From the NCBI RefSeq assembly GCF_009914755.1, contig NC_060937.1: 64,000 nt of DNA. One strand, given 5' to 3'. Of this stretch, positions 13,902-29,027 are shown piece after piece (positions within the stretch are counted from its first letter, which is position 1; every line of letters starts with the position of its first letter). Source of the stretch: the human T2T-CHM13v2.0 reference genome, Homo sapiens. The position numbers and the translations under genes were made by a program. The notes below the pieces were generated by a model, which saw only the letters and a program-made list of their open reading frames with translations, was not told where the DNA came from and ran no database searches.

Positions 13902-16439
13902 TGGCAGCTCAGGTTTTAAGATTACCTGCAATGCTGCAGTGGTCAGTTGCTTTGTTTCTATTAAAGCACAACAGCAGGTTAGGAGTTTCTGTTTGAAGGG
14001 GGGTGTATCTGGTGGATGATGCCTTGGGTACTTTGCTTGTCTAAAATTTGAGGGGCTGATGTACCCCAGTAACAATCTATTGTTGTCATAGGCTCCAATC
14101 TTCATGAGTAGTTGTCACAGAGACCTATAGCTCCATAGAATTAGTGGGCTCCATCAGCCCAATGGTAGGGCCTGTGTCACTGCATTTTGCATGGTTTCCA
14201 GAGTCTATTGTTGTTGGGGTTCCTATGTAAAGGTGGCCACCTTGCAGGTCACCTTGCATGAAGGTCAAGAGTATCCAGATGTGGTACATGTTGTCTGCAA
14301 TAACTAAATAGGCCTATCAGCTGTTGAACTTCTTTCTTATTAGTAGGAGTCGCTATGGTCAGCAATTTTTGTTTGATTTAATTAGAAATAAAATGACCTT
14401 AATAATTTTATCCAACATCTCTGATTATCATCCTGAGTGGCTCTCAAGAGCTACATTTGTTGAGCATGACCCCATATTTTATTAGGGTTGATGGCCCTGC
14501 CTGTCTGTGTTCTAGTGTCTGTGACCTTACGTAGGATCTGGTTATCTTGTTTTTAAGTCAGGCCATCAATGATGATGCCATCAGCATAGTGGATGACAAG
14601 AACTTCTAGGAATAATTTGGCTTGCTGAAGAACTAACCCTACCCACTAGTGGCACATTACAGGGAAACTGAGGTAACCCTGGAGAAGTAAAATATGCTGT
14701 AAGCTGTTGCATGTAATCTTTATCACACAAAGAGATGGAGAAGAAAGCATTAGTGAGATCTATAACAGCATGCCAGTTTCCCCTGTGGGCTACCAGTACT
14801 TTGGGGATAACAATAATGTCAGGTACCGAGGGTGGCATCTTGGCATTCAATCTGTGGTAGTTAGCCTCCAGGCTTTTGAGACTTTTTTTTACAGGATGGA
14901 CTGGCTGCTAACTGCAACAGGTTGGTGTCTAACATTCTTGTCTGGAGCAAGTCCTATATCAACAGGGCAATGCTCTGTGCCTGGTATGCTGCACTGCTTT
15001 TGTTGAATAATCCTTCAGGACTTGGGCTTGGGTAACTTAGGTGACCAGTAAGGGTGAATGCACCACTCTGTTATGGCTTGAATCTTGTGTAATGAAGGGA
15101 CATATCCCCCGAGGCAACAGTGATGTTTTGTGCCACAAGCAGCCAAAATGCCTATAATGCACTCAATTGCGTGAACCATGATTACTGTTGCCCCAAATGG
15201 CCCAAGAACCCCATTTGTAAGCACACGTGAACCTGCATGTGAGCTATGTTAGCTATGCATCACTGTGTTTGTCCCCAAACCTCCTACTTTCATAAGCTTA
15301 GCCCTACCCCTGTGGAGACCTCTGCCTATTATGATTTGATCACCAGTATCCATGAGCCACAAAGAAGTTTGAATTCTCTCTTTTTTTCTTTTAATTTGTC
15401 AGGCATGTAAGTCCATTAGGCCCCAGCAGAGACTCAGAGACCTTGGTCTCATTCCTAATCATTCTTTTTGAGGGCGTGAAGTCAAGATACATGCAAAGGG
15501 GATCACATCTTCCTTGTCTGATTCATTGCACTGAATTGGGATCATATTCCTCATTGACTTGGTTGGGGCATCAGAAAGCCTTAAAACCCCATGCACCCCT
15601 GTTCACAAAACATGTTCAGGGACTCTGAGAGCTACCATGCAGGATTCTAACTAAATCTGATGTGGGTCTTCCTCTCCTCTTTTTCTTTAGCTTAACTGAG
15701 GGCCTTACCCTCCAAATTGGGGGAACACACTCTCTGCCTCCTTAGAGTGTTGGCAGTCTTTTCATTTTTATTTTTATTTTTTGTCCCATGGATTTTTATT
15801 TTTACTACCCCTTGTCTTAACAAGCAAAGTCACATTACTCTGCAGGCTGGCCTTATTCCCTTTGGTTTTTTGTTTGTTTGTGTGATTTTTCCTCTTGTCA
15901 CCCATTGAGGTCCCCTGTTGGTTCTTTGGCATTGTTACCACTACCATGTTGGGTTTCCATTCACCCAGGCCTGAATCACAGGAAATCACTGAAACCATCT
16001 GCCATTTGCATCCCAATATGAACCATTTCTGTAGAGCTTCTCCATTGCTTCCCCCATGGTCATTTCAAGGGACAACAGAAAGAGTAATGGGGTCTTCCAA
16101 TGGGGATGCTGTGCTTCATGAAAGCTTGCAGTGTGGCTCAGGACAGAACTATCTTTTTCACATTTACAGGGGAAAGGTTATATAGCCAAGAATCCATGGC
16201 TTTTACCAGAAGCCACTAAAGCTTTGTGAACATTTTTTTGAGGGGTAGTTCAGGGAAATTCCCCACTGTTGGGAATATTGCTCTCAAGCTTCCCTCAACC
16301 AAGATCATGAGCGACATGGGCTGATGTCAGTCTCTGTTTTGTTAGTTGTTATGTCTGATATTGGCAATAAATGTTCTGTATGAGAGAACTAGTTCAAAAA
16401 ATTATAATGCATTACTATTAAGCTTAAAGCTATCTTTTC

Positions 16440-16860
16440 TTCTAACAAATATTTACTGAGAACTCTGTATTGAGATGATGTTATACTGGAACTCTGAGAT
16501 GCATCAACAGAGAGTCCTTTACCCTGGTCACTGAGAAATCTACAATCTAATGTCAAATATATCTAATTAAATTGTTAGAATTAAACATGATTAGTGCTTT
16601 AGTAGTTGTTGAATAGGGTGGAAGGTAGAGAAGAAAGGTAGAAATCCTCTCTGGAGTGCTGTGGAACAAATGGATGCTAAGAACAAATATGCATTTGACA
16701 TGAGAAAAGAAAAGGCAATGCAAGCAAGAGAAAAACTTGTAAAAACACAGAGTTATCAAAGATGGGAATTGAAAGAAATTCTGAAACATCACTTTGATCT
16801 GAGCTTGGGTAACCTAAATGGCATAGAGGAGAGATGTGAAGAAAGATTCTCAGCATAGAA
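16440..16860 (-). mobile_element. L2 LINE fragment
   Basis: caaatatttactgagaactct...tctacaatctaa antisense L2 3' pattern. Confidence 0.5.
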
Positions 16861-18179
16861 AAAGGTTTAAGTTAGAAAGGTAAGGGGGAGAAAGTTTAGT
16901 AATTCGGTTCTATAAGACAGAAAGGGAAAATTGCCAAAGCCTTCCGGTAAAGAATATTCATTAACCTTAAATGAGAGCCACAGGAAAAAAGATTTGCTTT
17001 CACAAATGTTGTGTATATCAGCAAGACATGGACTGTCTGAAAACCCTGTTATTAGTCTGAGAATAAAGCTGACACACAGATCATATCAAAGCTGAGAGTT
17101 TCAAAGTTCTTCAAAGAAATAAAGCTGGGATTCTTACGGTACCATACATGATCTCACCAGAAATGTCCAGCTAGATGAGCCAACAAATCCCCTTAATTGT
17201 TCACACCAGTGATGCACCACACAGACTCAAAATGATCTGAGGGGCTTGTTTAAATATTAGATATAGCAGTGTTAAGATATTTCAGAAGTATGTAAAATAA
17301 AACAGTTTTAATTTAAAATTTGAGATAAGTATTTTTAAACTATTAAATACATTTTTGTTACATAGAAATATGTTAAATTATTAAATAAAAAATAAAGTTG
17401 CAAACCAAAACATACTCCATGATTCCATTATTGTGAACAAAATAACAGTTAAATATAGAAAGTTTTATATATGTTTTAAGGGCTCCAAAATGCAAAGCAA
17501 ATGGGGAAGGAGGTTTACCTATGGGAAGAAGAATGGCATTAGGTATTTTGATATCTTAGTCTTTTAAAATAAGCTTCAACACTTATATTTATAGAATACA
17601 TGTGCAGTTAAAATATTTTTAAAGGGAAAATACATATTAATAAATATTTTGGTGAGGTACTGAAATTTTATAATAGGGGCTTAGATTAGATGATTTAAAT
17701 TTGGTATAGAGAGAAAAATAAATCTAAGTAGACTAATATAGTGAATAGATTCAAAAATCAATACAGATAGAAAAAGAATGCCCATAGGCAAACTCGAAAA
17801 TGACAAATATTAAAAGAAAATAATGACAACATAGTAATAAATATTAATGATATGCTGTCATTCAGATCTACCTGCAGAGGAACTATGAGACAAACTAAAT
17901 TCAGGCAAAATTGAATGTTTTCTTCTAGAGACACAACTTCAACAAATAAGAGTGACCCATGAACTATTATGGTTCAGTTCTACTTGATAAATATTGTAAA
18001 ATAGACAAGTATTATGAATACTAACACATCATCTCAGACCTAATTTTATTTCTACATATGTACATATATATGCCACTTCAGCAGATGCAAAATAGTTTAA
18101 TAATTTTAAGCAATCAGCTATTCCTATGACATCTTTACAACAAATTTTATGTAAGTAGAGAAACTATCTATTGACTGCT

Positions 18180-18720
18180 AAAAATCAAATAGCCAAACAT
18201 TTTATGAATGCTTCACATTTGCCAGAAACTGTTCTAAAAGCTCTAGATGTATTAACCCATTTAATTTTCACAGAAATTCTATAGATTAAATATTTCCTAT
18301 CTCCCTATATTTTTTTTAGACGAACAAGCAAAGACCCCACAAGGCTAATTTTCAGAGCTAGTAAATGAGAGAAGAGAACACAAGGAAAATGAAGAAAGAC
18401 AAAATATTAGCATCTCTGACATTTACAGAATAGATGGGAGAGAAGAACCTGGAGGAAAGCTGTAAAGGGTACATCAGAGAGGTAAGATGAAAATCAAGGG
18501 CATATGATACTAAGAAGGAGTTTCTGGAATGGGAAAGGGGTCCAAGGTTTAGAATTCCACTGCCATAGAGGAACATCTGGAGACTCTCAATGACTCTGAC
18601 AAGGTCAGTTTTACTGATATGAAAGTGATGGGGGGAAGCCAAAAGTCTGATAGCAATAGATTGAATTAGTGAATAGGTGATTTCTGGGCTAAGCTTTGAA
18701 GGAGAGTAACAAAGTGGGAG
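18180..18720 (-). mobile_element. MIR fragment followed by L2 fragment
   Basis: MIR-like aatagccaaacattttatgaatgcttcacatttgccag...atttaatttt, then purine-rich antisense L2 sequence. Confidence 0.55.
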
Positions 18721-19726
18721 AATGATTGCAAAGAGTATGTTATCATGAGTTGGCTTTGTCATCACCAGCATCTTCATTTCCTAGACCGAAGCTCTTAATG
18801 TTTAGTTTTTTGTTCAATATGTAGCCATTTTTCTGAATTCTGCCCACCTTGGCCCCAGAGCACTGATAATCCATAGACAAGATCTTAAAAAACAAATATT
18901 AAAAAGAACAATCTCAATGAATCATCATGGATTCATAACTTTCTGTTGCTCAAATCTGCCTGCAGAAGACTATGAAGTCAGAATGAGTTTAGGCAAAATT
19001 CAGTAATTTTCTCATAGAAGGAAATACTGTTTCAACCACTGACATCTGAAAGACTAAGGAACTCATATAGTTCTACTCAACTTGATACAAACTGAAAAAA
19101 GTCAACCATGTTTATTGTCTTTTTCCACATGTACTCAGACCCACTCACCTCTTGCCTCCATGGCTCCTATATCCCAAAGCTTGAGAAACATCTTTACAAC
19201 TATTCCAACCCAAACTTCTGATTCCCTTCACCACATTGGATAAATAAGCTCTCTGGCTACCTTCATAAGTTCTTAAACATTACCATTTCTAGACACTATT
19301 ATTACTAGACTTCCTAAAACAACCAAGGTGACTATTCTAATGATTCTCCTACCACAAGCAAACAAATGTGAACTGTACTGTACAAGCAAATCTCATAGCA
19401 ACATGTTCAGTATTTGGCAGGCATTCAAAAAGTGCCATACCTTATTGTAAATAATGTGTGCTGGTAATAATGTGGCAGACACTGAGTATTTGTTTGTTCT
19501 TCTTCCTGGGAACACTAGTACTTTACATTTCAATTATATGTGGTCAATTGGCTAAGCAACGACAGATATCAAAAGACTTTTTCAGATTTAAACTTTAAAA
19601 ATTTGCTCTGGCTGAAATGTGGAGAGTGAATAAATGGTAGGGAAAATCTATATTTGGGAAGAGAATATTATAATTTTAGGCACGCTGATTTGTATTGCAA
19701 GTTTAAGAAACTGGTGACTATTTTTA

Positions 19727-20197
<471 letters not shown>

Positions 20198-20531
20198 AAA
20201 GATAGGATTTGGGCAGTTCGTATACATTTGAGATTTATGCATGTGTATATGACAACTGAGCACATGTTTATGAATTTGGTTAATTAAGGGAAGGTTATTG
20301 ATTTGATTTAAAAAGAATATCTATACTCATTAAGTGGATTTCCTCTATTTCAAGTTTGCAAGGAAATGGTTAGTATGTAGAGAATAAGTGTCAAGAGATG
20401 TAGGTGGTAAGTTGGAGAGTTTATGTTGAGAAAACCAAAAAAATGATGCTTTGGTAATGAGGGTCAAGAAAGGAAAAGTGACTTACTCAAGCTGACAGTT
20501 AATAAATTAATACATGATGGAGATGGAATTT

Positions 20532-21581
20532 TTAATTTTTTTTATTTCTTCTTTAAAAAATGGGATACATGTGAAGAATGTGCAGGTTTGTTACATAGTT
20601 ATATGTGTGCCATAGTGGTATGCTGCACCTATTGACCCATCCTCTAAGTTCCCCCACCACCCCCCAGCAGGCCCTAGTGTATGTTGTTCCCCTCCCTGAG
20701 TCCATGTGTTCTCACTGTTTCACTCCCACTTATGAGTGAGAACATGTAATGTTTGGTTTTCTGTTCCTGTGTTAGTTTGCTGAGGATGCTGGCTTCTAGC
20801 TTCATCTATGTCCCTGCAAAGGACATAACCTCATTCCTTTATGGCAGCATAGTATTCCATTTGTATATGTACCACATTTTTCTTATTCAGTCTATCATTG
20901 ATGGGTATTTGGTTTGGTTCCATGTCTTTGCTATTGTAAATAGTGATGCAATAAACATACACGTGCATGTGTCTTTATAGTAGAATGAGTTATATTCCTT
21001 TGTGTATATACCCAGTAATCCCAAGCAAAAAGAACAAAGCTGGAGGCATCATGCTACCTGACTGCAAGGCTAAAGTAACCAAAACATCCCAGTACTGGTA
21101 TCAAAACAGGCATATAGACCAATAGAGCAGAACAGAGAACTCAGAAATAACACTACACATCTACAACCATATGATCTTCAACAAACAAGCAATGGGGAAA
21201 GGATATCCTATTCAGTAAATAGTGCTGGGAAAACTGGCTAGCCATATGCAGAAAACTGAAACTGGACCCCTTCCATATGCCTTATACAAAAATTAACTCA
21301 AGATGGATTAAAGACTTAAATGTAAAACCCAAAATTGTAAAAACCCCAGAAGAAAACCTAGGCAATACCGTTTAGGACACAGGCATGGGCAAAGACTTCA
21401 TGACAAAAACACCAAAAACAATTGCAACAAAAGCCAAAATTGACAAATAGGATCTAATTAAACTAAAGAGCTTCTGCACAGCAAAAGAAACTATCATCAG
21501 AGTTAACAGGCAACCTACAGAATGGAAGAAAGTTTTTGCAATCTACCCATCTGACAAAGGTCTAATATCCAGAATTTACAA
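20532..21581 (-). mobile_element. 5'-inverted (twin-primed) truncated L1PA insertion
   Basis: L1 3' end antisense at 20532-21019 joined to a sense ORF2 fragment at 21017-21584; TSD ggag(a/g)tggaattt at 20519 and 21582. Confidence 0.9.
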
Positions 21582-22039
21582 GGAGGTGGAATTTCAAGCC
21601 AGGATTGCTGTTCCTAGGGTCCTGGCTTTGAAACACATGCTCACTTGTGAGTTATTTTGATATCTAAAACTTCATTAAACTGCTTGAACTGCCAGTGAAA
21701 TTATCAGTATTTAGTTGCAGATATCTGGCACTGACGTCTTTTCCGGGAAAAATTTTCAGTGTTCTCAGGGTTCTTTTGTCATTAAGGTAAACAATGTGAA
21801 AAGGTGAGCTGATATTTAGACAAGCTGAAATGGTTATTCTTTCTTGAATAAAGTTTGCTTGAGGATGAAACTATAAAATAAAACCATAATTGCAAATCTC
21901 ATTTTTTATTGAATCAGCCAGTAAAGGGTGTCTACTATATGCCTACCAGACACTGGATCATTCCTTTATTTTATAAACCATTCATTTGGTTCATAATTTG
22001 ATGAATATTTTCCTCATAAACATGATAACTTCCATAATA

Positions 22040-22330
22040 TTAGTAGTAATATTTTTGGATAATTTCTATTTTTCAGGTATTATGTAAGTATTTTACATGC
22101 ATTGTATCACTTAATGTGGGAGCCTAGAAAGTCCATAGAATATTGTGAACATTGAATGTGATTATGCACTTAGAGACCTTAGGTCAGATATTTAATAATA
22201 AAGCAGACATATAAAATAAGTAGAATCAATAATCCCATTGTAAAAAGTGATAGTGGAAATTAAATACACTAAATGAATGGTCAAAATCATATAAAACTGG
22301 GACAAGACCTAAGGTTGTTTGGCACCAAAT
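22040..22330 (-). mobile_element. MIR-like fragments
   Basis: caggtattatgtaagtattttacatgcattgtatcacttaat and a degenerate core further on. Confidence 0.4.
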
Positions 22331-22622
22331 GACATACAAACTTACTGGCTGATGATTGCTTCTCAGAACCAATATTTTTCACTGCTTCTTCTGAGACATC
22401 TATGAAATTTTTCATGAGTTTGTGATACACTGAAAGAAGAAAACACATTTTCAAATCTATATTTTATTTTACTATTGATTGCAATATTGATATATGTGTG
22501 GGTATGTATTAAGGGATTTTTTTATTGAGCATTTAACAGATTTCAAAATTTGTGCTAAGTATTTGCATAAGTTGTCTCAGCAAAGTGGAAGTGGTGTCTG
22601 AAAATCTGTCTTCTAGTCCTAT

Positions 22623-23571
22623 TGATGGCAGCAGCAGCTCCAGTTGACCTGCCACTACCATCACGCCAGCTGCAGCAGGGAGGCGTGGGCAGGGCTGCAC
22701 ACTCCATGACACAGGCAGGAGCCTCCCCTTCATAGTGGGGCTACAGCTGCCCAAATTGTGACTGTAGATCAGAGCCTCCCTGTGCTCTTAAGGGGCTGGG
22801 AGCAGTTAGGAGCCCTGCCTCCTGGACACAACAGCAGCTGCCCAAACTGCAGCTGCAAACTCAGGCATCACTGCACTCTTGGGGGCCCAGGAAGGCCGCC
22901 CTGTTCTCATAGGCTCTGAAGTTCCTGCTCCTGCTGCCTGACTTCTCCCTGCTGTTGGTATCTGCTCTGATCTCAGGGCAAATTCAGGACCAACTCTAAG
23001 TGCCATGAGTGGCAGCAGGTGGCAGACAGATTCCTGGGTGGAAGGGGGCATGTCCTGGTGAGGCCCCACCTTCAGGGCAGGGAGGGGCTGAAAGCTGGGG
23101 GCTGGGCTGCTAGTCCCATAAACTTGTGTGGGAATTTGTGGTGCCTTTTCTTGACCCATGGACCAATCAGCATGCCCTTCTTCCCCCTCTTGGAGGCCCA
23201 TAAAAGCCCCAGACTCAGCCAGAGCTGAGCAGATGGGACAACCAGCTGCAGAGAGGGTAGCTCCTGCAGAGAACTTCAGAGATCTGCAGAGATGTTGGGA
23301 CTACCAGCTGCAGAGAGGAGCCACCCACTCCAGGGCCTCCTCTCTGCCAAGAGCTGAACCCTCAATGAGACAACCTGCCTACAGAGAGGAGCTACCCACT
23401 ACAGGTCTCCTCTGAACTGTTCTAATACACAATAAAGCTCCTCTTCTCACTCACCCTCCACTTGACTGAGTACCTTATTCTTCCTGGACACAGGACAAAA
23501 ACTCCGGTAAAGGTGCCACCAGCCACAGAGGTTTCTGGCCAGAAAAGTGACACCCCAAAGATCCTGTGACA
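22623..23571 (+). mobile_element. MER52A-like ERV1 solo LTR
   Basis: Starts TGATGGCAGC and ends GATCCTGTGACA; near-TSD ctat/ttat; cataaaa TATA-like box ~23199 and AATAAA at 23431. Confidence 0.88.
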
Positions 23572-24014
23572 TTATCTTTTCCACTATCAAATTATTTGAC
23601 TATCCCTTACTATTTAAGTTTTTTTAAATGTGAGCATGGGAAAGAGACCTTTATTAACTTAAGCAATAAATAAATTACTGGGAAGAACATAGAGGAGCTC
23701 ACAAAATTGAGAGAAAAAATAAAGAAGGAGATGCAGGTAACACAGGGACCAGAGTTCCTCCAGAATACAGGATTGTAGTGTCCAGTTTCTTCCAGATGCT
23801 GCCAAACGTATGATTGAGCATCAAACATTTCCTTTATTTGAATAATGCTGTTAAGGTTTCAAAATTCAGAGAAAGAGTATTAGATTGGCCAATCATGGTG
23901 AGGGCATAATGACTGAAAGTACAATCAATCTTCCTCAAATTAAAAAAAAAAGTATTCAAGAAGAGGAAATGGAAACCACATTGCTAAAAATAAAAAGATT
24001 CTACATCATACATA

Positions 24015-24810
24015 ATTGGGGAATTACAAATTAAAACAATGCACTACCACTTAGAATGATCAAAATCCAAAACACTTGACAATGTCATATGCTGGGAAGG
24101 ATCTGGAGCAATCAAAATTCTCATTTTTTGGAAATGCAAAATAGTACAACCACTTTTGAAGACAGTTTGGCAGTTTCTTAGAAAGCTAAACATAATCTTA
24201 CTGTATGATTAATCAATCATGCTCTTTGGTATTTATTCAAAGGAGTTTAAAACTTATGTCCACACAAAAACATGCATGTGGATGTCTACCGTGATTGCCA
24301 AAACTTGCAAGCACCAAAATGTCAATCTATCAAGCCTCAAATGTATATTAATAAGTGAAAGAAGCCAATGGGAAGATGGTATATGCTGTATAATTTCAAC
24401 CATGTGACATTCTGGAAAGGCGACAGCAAAGAGATAGTAAAGAGATCAGTGGTTGTCAGGGGTTGGGGAAGGGAGGAATAAATAGGGAGAGCACAGGTGG
24501 TCTTTAGGGCAGTGAAACTGTTGTGAATGATACAGTAATGGTGGATACCTGTATTTTACATTTGCCCCAAATCATAGAATCTAGGACAAGAGTGAAACCT
24601 AATGTAAACTATGGACTTTGGGTGATGATGATGTGTCAATATAAGTTCATCAACTGTAACAAACATACTGCTCTGGTGGGGGATATTGATAATGAGGGAG
24701 ATGGTGCATGTATAGGGGCTGGGGTATATGGGAAATCTCTGTACCTTTCACTTAATTTTCCTATGAACCTGAAACTACTATAAAAAATAAAATCTATCAA
24801 AAAAAAATAA
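24015..24810 (+). mobile_element. L1MC-type LINE 3' fragment
   Basis: aatgtaaactatggactttgggtgatgatgatgtgtcaat...aaaaaataaaatctat plus an A-rich tail. Confidence 0.88.
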
Positions 24811-26901
24811 GACCCATGAATTATTAACTATACTTATAAATAATATATTAACTCTCTGACCATATGTCTTTATGTAGCAGAATTTTTTATATTTTTGCCA
24901 GAATAAGGAAATTCTTTTACTTATTCTTCTACCAGAGTTTAAGGATTGTCACAAATAACATATAAAAGTGCTTTGGAAATTGTTATGTAAAAGTACTATT
25001 GTTTTATTTTGATATAAATTACAGAAATTGAATAAATGAGGAAAATAATCTCAGAGTATGTGTAAAAGGAGTGATAATGGATAGAGTTAAAGATAGAAGA
25101 GTATAAAATTGTGACATTAAATATATCATTTATAACTTTTTGTTTTTCATATTTAATTTATTGTTTCTCATTTTCAAAATTCCTGTTGAAAACAGGAATT
25201 TTCTGAGTTCTCAAGCACTGCATGGTATTTCCTTTAGGGCAACATCACTGCTGTGTACTTGTTAAATAATACCTAATACCACATGTATGTTAGAAGAAGA
25301 TTTGTTCTTTTGAATTAAGAATTCTTAATGAATGCTTATTTAAGGTAGAGCCACAGAAAGGAGAATGCCTGCCTCACCTGTTGCAGGTGGGTACAATCTA
25401 CTTTTTGCCTCAGATTCTTCCCAGCGTGCTTGTAAATTCAGACAGTTCTTTGGAACTTATTCTATTTCCTTCTCCCTGCAGAAAGGCTTAGAAATATGCC
25501 AGCCACATACAGGCTATTACTTAATGAAAAGAGGTTTTCTCCTGGAATTAATTAGATGTTGGGCCCAGCAAAGAAAATGTATGTAGCAGGAGCAGTTCTA
25601 CTTTCTTTTAAAAAGGAGGGATAATTGAGTTGATTATAGTCAAAAATGAATCCCTGATACTAAAAATTTAGAAAGAGAAAACAAATAAAGAACAAATTAT
25701 TTTTTACAAGAAACTCTTGAATGAAAAATTGTCCTAACAAATGGGTATTCAGTCTTCACTTTATCATTGTCTACAATCAACACATAGGACACAGACTATT
25801 TAAAAACATAGATTTCTTCAAAATACAATCGTGTTGTCAAGTACTTTTGAAAGACAAAAGGTGAAGGTGTGAACAGCATGTTAATTTCAACAGGAAAAAA
25901 TATCTTTATCTTATCAAGGTCAAATGAAATTTAAAATGCATTATAGAAAGTGATAATTTACTGATGGCAGCAGCAGCTATAATGCATGTAATATAATTTG
26001 ATAGCAAGAGATTGTTGGCTATGTTCTTTGATTAAATACCTGGGACTCGATTCTTTTTAAAAAATGCCTAAAAATACAGTTCTCGTCAGCCACAGAGCAT
26101 TGTGTTCTGGGACATTTTGTGTGATTTATGCAATTTATATTAGCCAGAACTCTTATAGCATTAAGCCTCTAACCACCAAAGTGTAAAACTAAATTATTAT
26201 TTCAGTGGGGATAGGAGAGAACATTTAAAAATATTCAATAATGCTATAGTCCAAATGCTTTTCATGGCTCACCATTTTTCATATTAATCTAGTTCAGAAT
26301 GCTGCTATTAAATTAACATTTAATTATTATTACATTGTGACCACTTGTAACAGGCAACTAAATACTGAACTAAGCCGTAACATACATAGCACACAAGAAA
26401 TTTTCTCAAAATAGTTATTTTATGCTTTCACTGACAAGAGTACATATTGCAAATCTCAAGTAAGAATATTGCTCTCAACAGCATAATATAATCTTTAGTT
26501 TTTACTATTTCATTTTGAAAATAACATAACTGAGTTATTTCACACTATCATGCCATGGCAAGATGGAAAAAATATGAGCAATACATTTTAAAATTTATGT
26601 TGGTGGCAAAATTTACAGAAACAATTCATAGTAGGGCTCTACCCAAACTTGCACTTGGTTATAATAGAGAAGAACACAGGAAAGAGGAATAATATATGGT
26701 TATAAATATTTAGATACCAAATCATTGAGCCATGGTTGATGACTTCCCAAGTGCTTCTCTACCGGCAATGTAGGAGTTAACTACTCCTAAACTAAACAAC
26801 TAATACAATAATTCCTTGATAGTCAGGCTCTAATAATTAGTTCAGTCTTCTACAGGAAAAAGATCTGCGACAAAATTACCTAGCACATAGTGACCAAAAT
26901 C

Positions 26902-27570
<669 letters not shown>

Positions 27571-28139
27571 ATGTCACGTGATGTGTTATTACGTTATATT
27601 ATATATATATATTATAATATATGTAAATAAATCCTTTTTCATGAGGCATTTGTCAAAATCGTATTTTTCAGTGTAGTGCCAAATTCCAACAACATTTTAA
27701 TTCTGAACATTGAGGAGAGTGTAGTGTCATCTAAGCAAAAGAGCATGTGAAAGATCTGCAAAATCTTTCTTCTCAGAGAAGTAATACTATATATAATTAT
27801 TATTAGTGTCATTTACATGAATTAAACATATTGGGAGCTCAGGAAAATCATTTCCAACATAAATAATATTTGTTCAGTTACTGTTTTAATATAATATGAT
27901 CAGAAATGTCTGTCTTTCTAATATTATCATACATTTTTAAATAAAAAATACTGGTATTTAAAAATAATTGGGTCAGTTTTTACAAGTACTATTTTGCAAA
28001 TGGCTTTGATTTAGTTTTGCACTCTGTGTTTTACTAGTTTCTACTCAATGAAAAATAAATTTGATATATTGGCAATAAACATAATATTGTACAAGCTATG
28101 TATTAAATTTATCATAATTATTACTATACTTAAATGTAC

Positions 28140-28510
28140 TGGATTGAAATAATGAAGAAAATAGACAAAAAATGTTCATAAACATTTGCATGTCAATTTT
28201 TACTAACTGCTTTTCTCTTCATATCCCAGATACACACTATTCCACTCACCTCTTACTGCTCAACTCAGGTGTCATTTCCTCCTGCATTCATTCCTATAAA
28301 CTCCTTCCGGTTTTCAAGAAGCAAAATAAATATTTTATAAATTATACGCTTTTTAGGTAATCAACTTATGAGCTTTATAGAGACATTAATTTTTGCCTGT
28401 TCTTTTGTATTTCACCAGTGCCTATCTTGAGGGTTGGAACATACGTAGTGGATATTCTATTGTATTTGCTGAGAGATTGATGGAATCAATGATAAATGAG
28501 TAAGTGAGGG
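28140..28510 (+). mobile_element. L2 3' end fragment
   Basis: ctcaactcaggtgtcatttcctcc...ccagtgcct...tatttgctga L2 terminal motifs. Confidence 0.5.
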
Positions 28511-28564
28511 TAAAATTTGGCATTCAATATTATTTTAAATTATCCTCCATAGCTCTATAAACTC

Positions 28565-29027
28565 TAGTGGTTTTATCCATAGCCCCCAACAAGGCAGGTC
28601 CACATCTGAATCTCTAGCATCAGTGAACCTGAAAGCCTTATTTGAAAAAATATATATGCAGATATAATTAAAGATCTTGAGATCAGAACATCCTGAATTA
28701 CCTGGTAGGCCCTAAATATAAAATGTTCTTATAAGTGGCAGAAGATGTAACAAAAGATACCCACATAGAGGAAAAGGCAATGTGAAGACTGAGACAGAGA
28801 TTGGAGTGATGTGGCCACAAGCCAAGGAAGCCAAGTAATACAGAGCCGCCAGAAGCCAGAAGAGGGAAAAAAGCATTCTTCATTGCATCTTCCAGAGGTA
28901 GTACTTCCCTGCTGATAGCTTGATTTGGGGCTTCTGGTCTCCAAAGCTATGGGAGAATACCTTTCTGTTATTTTAAGCCACCAAGTTTGTGGTAATATCT
29001 TATGGCAATTCTAGGAGACTTATACAA
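28565..29027 (+). mobile_element. MLT1B/C (MaLR) solo LTR
   Basis: gtgaagactgagacagagattggagtgatgtggccacaagccaaggaa and ttttaagccaccaagtttgtggtaat...taca end. Confidence 0.88.

Noticed and set aside
25962-25978. 17 nt exact match to the MER52 LTR start at 22623
   Set aside because: Mostly a GCA triplet repeat with no flanking similarity; likely chance.
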